Shown here: in pieces, positions 63,260-64,000 of the stretch
Layout of the letters: every line of letters begins with the position of its first letter
Position numbering within the stretch: position 1 is the stretch's first letter
Notes under the pieces: model-generated
What the model saw: only the letters and a program-made list of their open reading frames with translations
Databases searched by the model: none
Told to the model about the DNA's origin: nothing
Source of the DNA: Anaerolineae bacterium
Lineage (GTDB): Bacteria; Chloroflexota; Anaerolineae; Aggregatilineales; Phototrophicaceae
Assembly (NCBI GenBank): GCA_022841825.1
Contig: JALHQT010000006.1
Coordinates: 371,378-435,377 of the forward strand
Reading direction: 5' to 3'
Length of the DNA stretch: 64,000 nucleotides
Translations under genes and position numbers: made by a program

Positions 63260-64000
63260 GTGTTGGACCCAGCACCCAAAGCCTCCGTCCTCTATATCGA
63301 AGATGATCCTGCCAGTCGCCTCCTGGTCGAGCGTACGCTGCGCTTCGCCGGCTATCACGTTCTCGTGGCGGAACGCGGCTTGCAAGGGATCGATATTGCA
63401 CGGCGCGAGCGCCCCGACATCATCCTGACCGACATCAACCTGCCGGATCTGAGCGGTCGTGAAGTCACCAGCATCCTTCGCAGCGATGCCTCATTCCAGT
63501 ACACCCCAATCGTGGCGCTGACCGCACAAACGCAAAGCGACCAACGTGAGATGACGATGGTCAGCGGGGTCAACGGTTATCTGACCAAGCCGATTGATGT
63601 CGAGGCGCTTCCCGGACAGGTCGCGGAGTACCTGGGTGGGATGCAGGATCTCCGTCCAGACAGCGACACCCTCGGCGAAGCGCGCGCCCGCTACATGTAC
63701 GAAGTCGTCGGACGACTGGAAGACCGCATCCGCGAACTGGAGACCTTTAATCAATCGCTTTATCATTTCGACAGAATAAAAGACACGTTTATCCAATTGA
63801 CCGCGCACGAGCTTCGCACGCCGCTGACGCTGGTCTATGGCTACAGCCGGCTGCTCGAAGATAGTCCTGCGATCAAGTCGTTGATGACACAAGCGCCGGA
63901 CATTCAGGCGCTCATGAAGGGGATGATCGAGTCTATCGGGCGCATGCAGCGCATCATCCATGAAATCCTGACGATGAGCCGCATCATCACCAACCAGATC
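63260..64000 (+). CDS. Hybrid response regulator / histidine kinase, partial (continues beyond the right window edge)
   Basis: The frame is open from the stop at 63248-63250 to the window end, with a GTG at 63260. Own translation: VLDPAPKASVLYIEDDPASRLLVERTLRFAGYHVLVAERGLQGID...DIILTDINLPDLSG...LTKPID...[10 protein letters not shown]. It is not in the ORF track because it is open-ended. Confidence 0.8.
   Translation, partial: MLDPAPKASVLYIEDDPASRLLVERTLRFAGYHVLVAERGLQGIDIARRERPDIILTDINLPDLSGREVTSILRSDASFQYTPIVALTAQTQSDQREMTMVSGVNGYLTKPIDVEALPGQVAEYLGGMQDLRPDSDTLGEARARYMYEVVGRLEDRIRELETFNQSLYHFDRIKDTFIQLTAHELRTPLTLVYGYSRLLEDSPAIKSLMTQAPDIQALMKGMIESIGRMQRIIHEILTMSRIITNQI

Noticed and set aside
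1-64000. Search by eye for tRNA, rRNA, integrase, transposase, phage structural or cas genes
   Set aside because: I recognised none. All intergenic spacers longer than 150 nt were inspected and are explained by promoters, repeats, a mini-ORF or a gene remnant. Small ncRNAs cannot be excluded without covariance-model searches.

Overview
This is a high-GC window; single 60-nt lines spot-count at about 65-67% GC. It is densely packed with about 50 protein-coding genes on both strands, and I found no rRNA, tRNA, CRISPR array, integrase or transposase. The gene content is that of a free-living bacterium, and the protein families and repeat style suggest Chloroflexota, though that is a low-confidence inference.

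Housekeeping genes include gatB, fbp, priA, the tsaE-tsaB-rimI operon, ppgK, two PLP aminotransferases, a PfkB sugar kinase and an Nfo-like enzyme. There is a striking number of envelope and glycan genes: three or four GT-C type membrane glycosyltransferases, a GT2, a frameshifted GT87/DUF2029 gene and a membrane-anchored GH-A hydrolase. Signalling genes include three large PAS/GAF histidine kinases, a PP2C phosphatase with an atypical kinase, and a RIO kinase. A peptide-type ABC importer lacks ATPase genes, and TetR and ArsR regulators sit beside clear palindromic operators.

The most interesting parts are these:
1. The first 10 kb looks like a small accessory or defence neighbourhood. A roughly 2.5-kb low-GC insertion (about 3044-5569, 38-43% GC in spot counts) carries a small antitoxin-like ORF plus a NERD-nuclease/SF1-helicase fusion. 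Nearby is a monocistronic 813-aa protein with two TIR domains, a third TIR/DUF4062-like unit, an HATPase_c_4/wHTH half of the Schlafen-regulator type and a histone-H1-like tail.
2. There is a pervasive and unusual intergenic repeat architecture. One component is long hairpins whose arms are tandem degenerate heptamers (the words GTGCGNN, GAGTNAN, CGAAGNN, TGATCNN). The other is a GTAGGG(G/A)CG palindromic REP-like family. Copies of both are embedded in frame inside a glycosyltransferase gene, and one hairpin sits where a Uma2 endonuclease gene has been truncated.
3. A 908-aa YjgR/DUF853 HerA-like NTPase stands alone and has a long novel C-terminal half.

All functional calls rest on motifs read by eye from the supplied translations. 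No database search was run.
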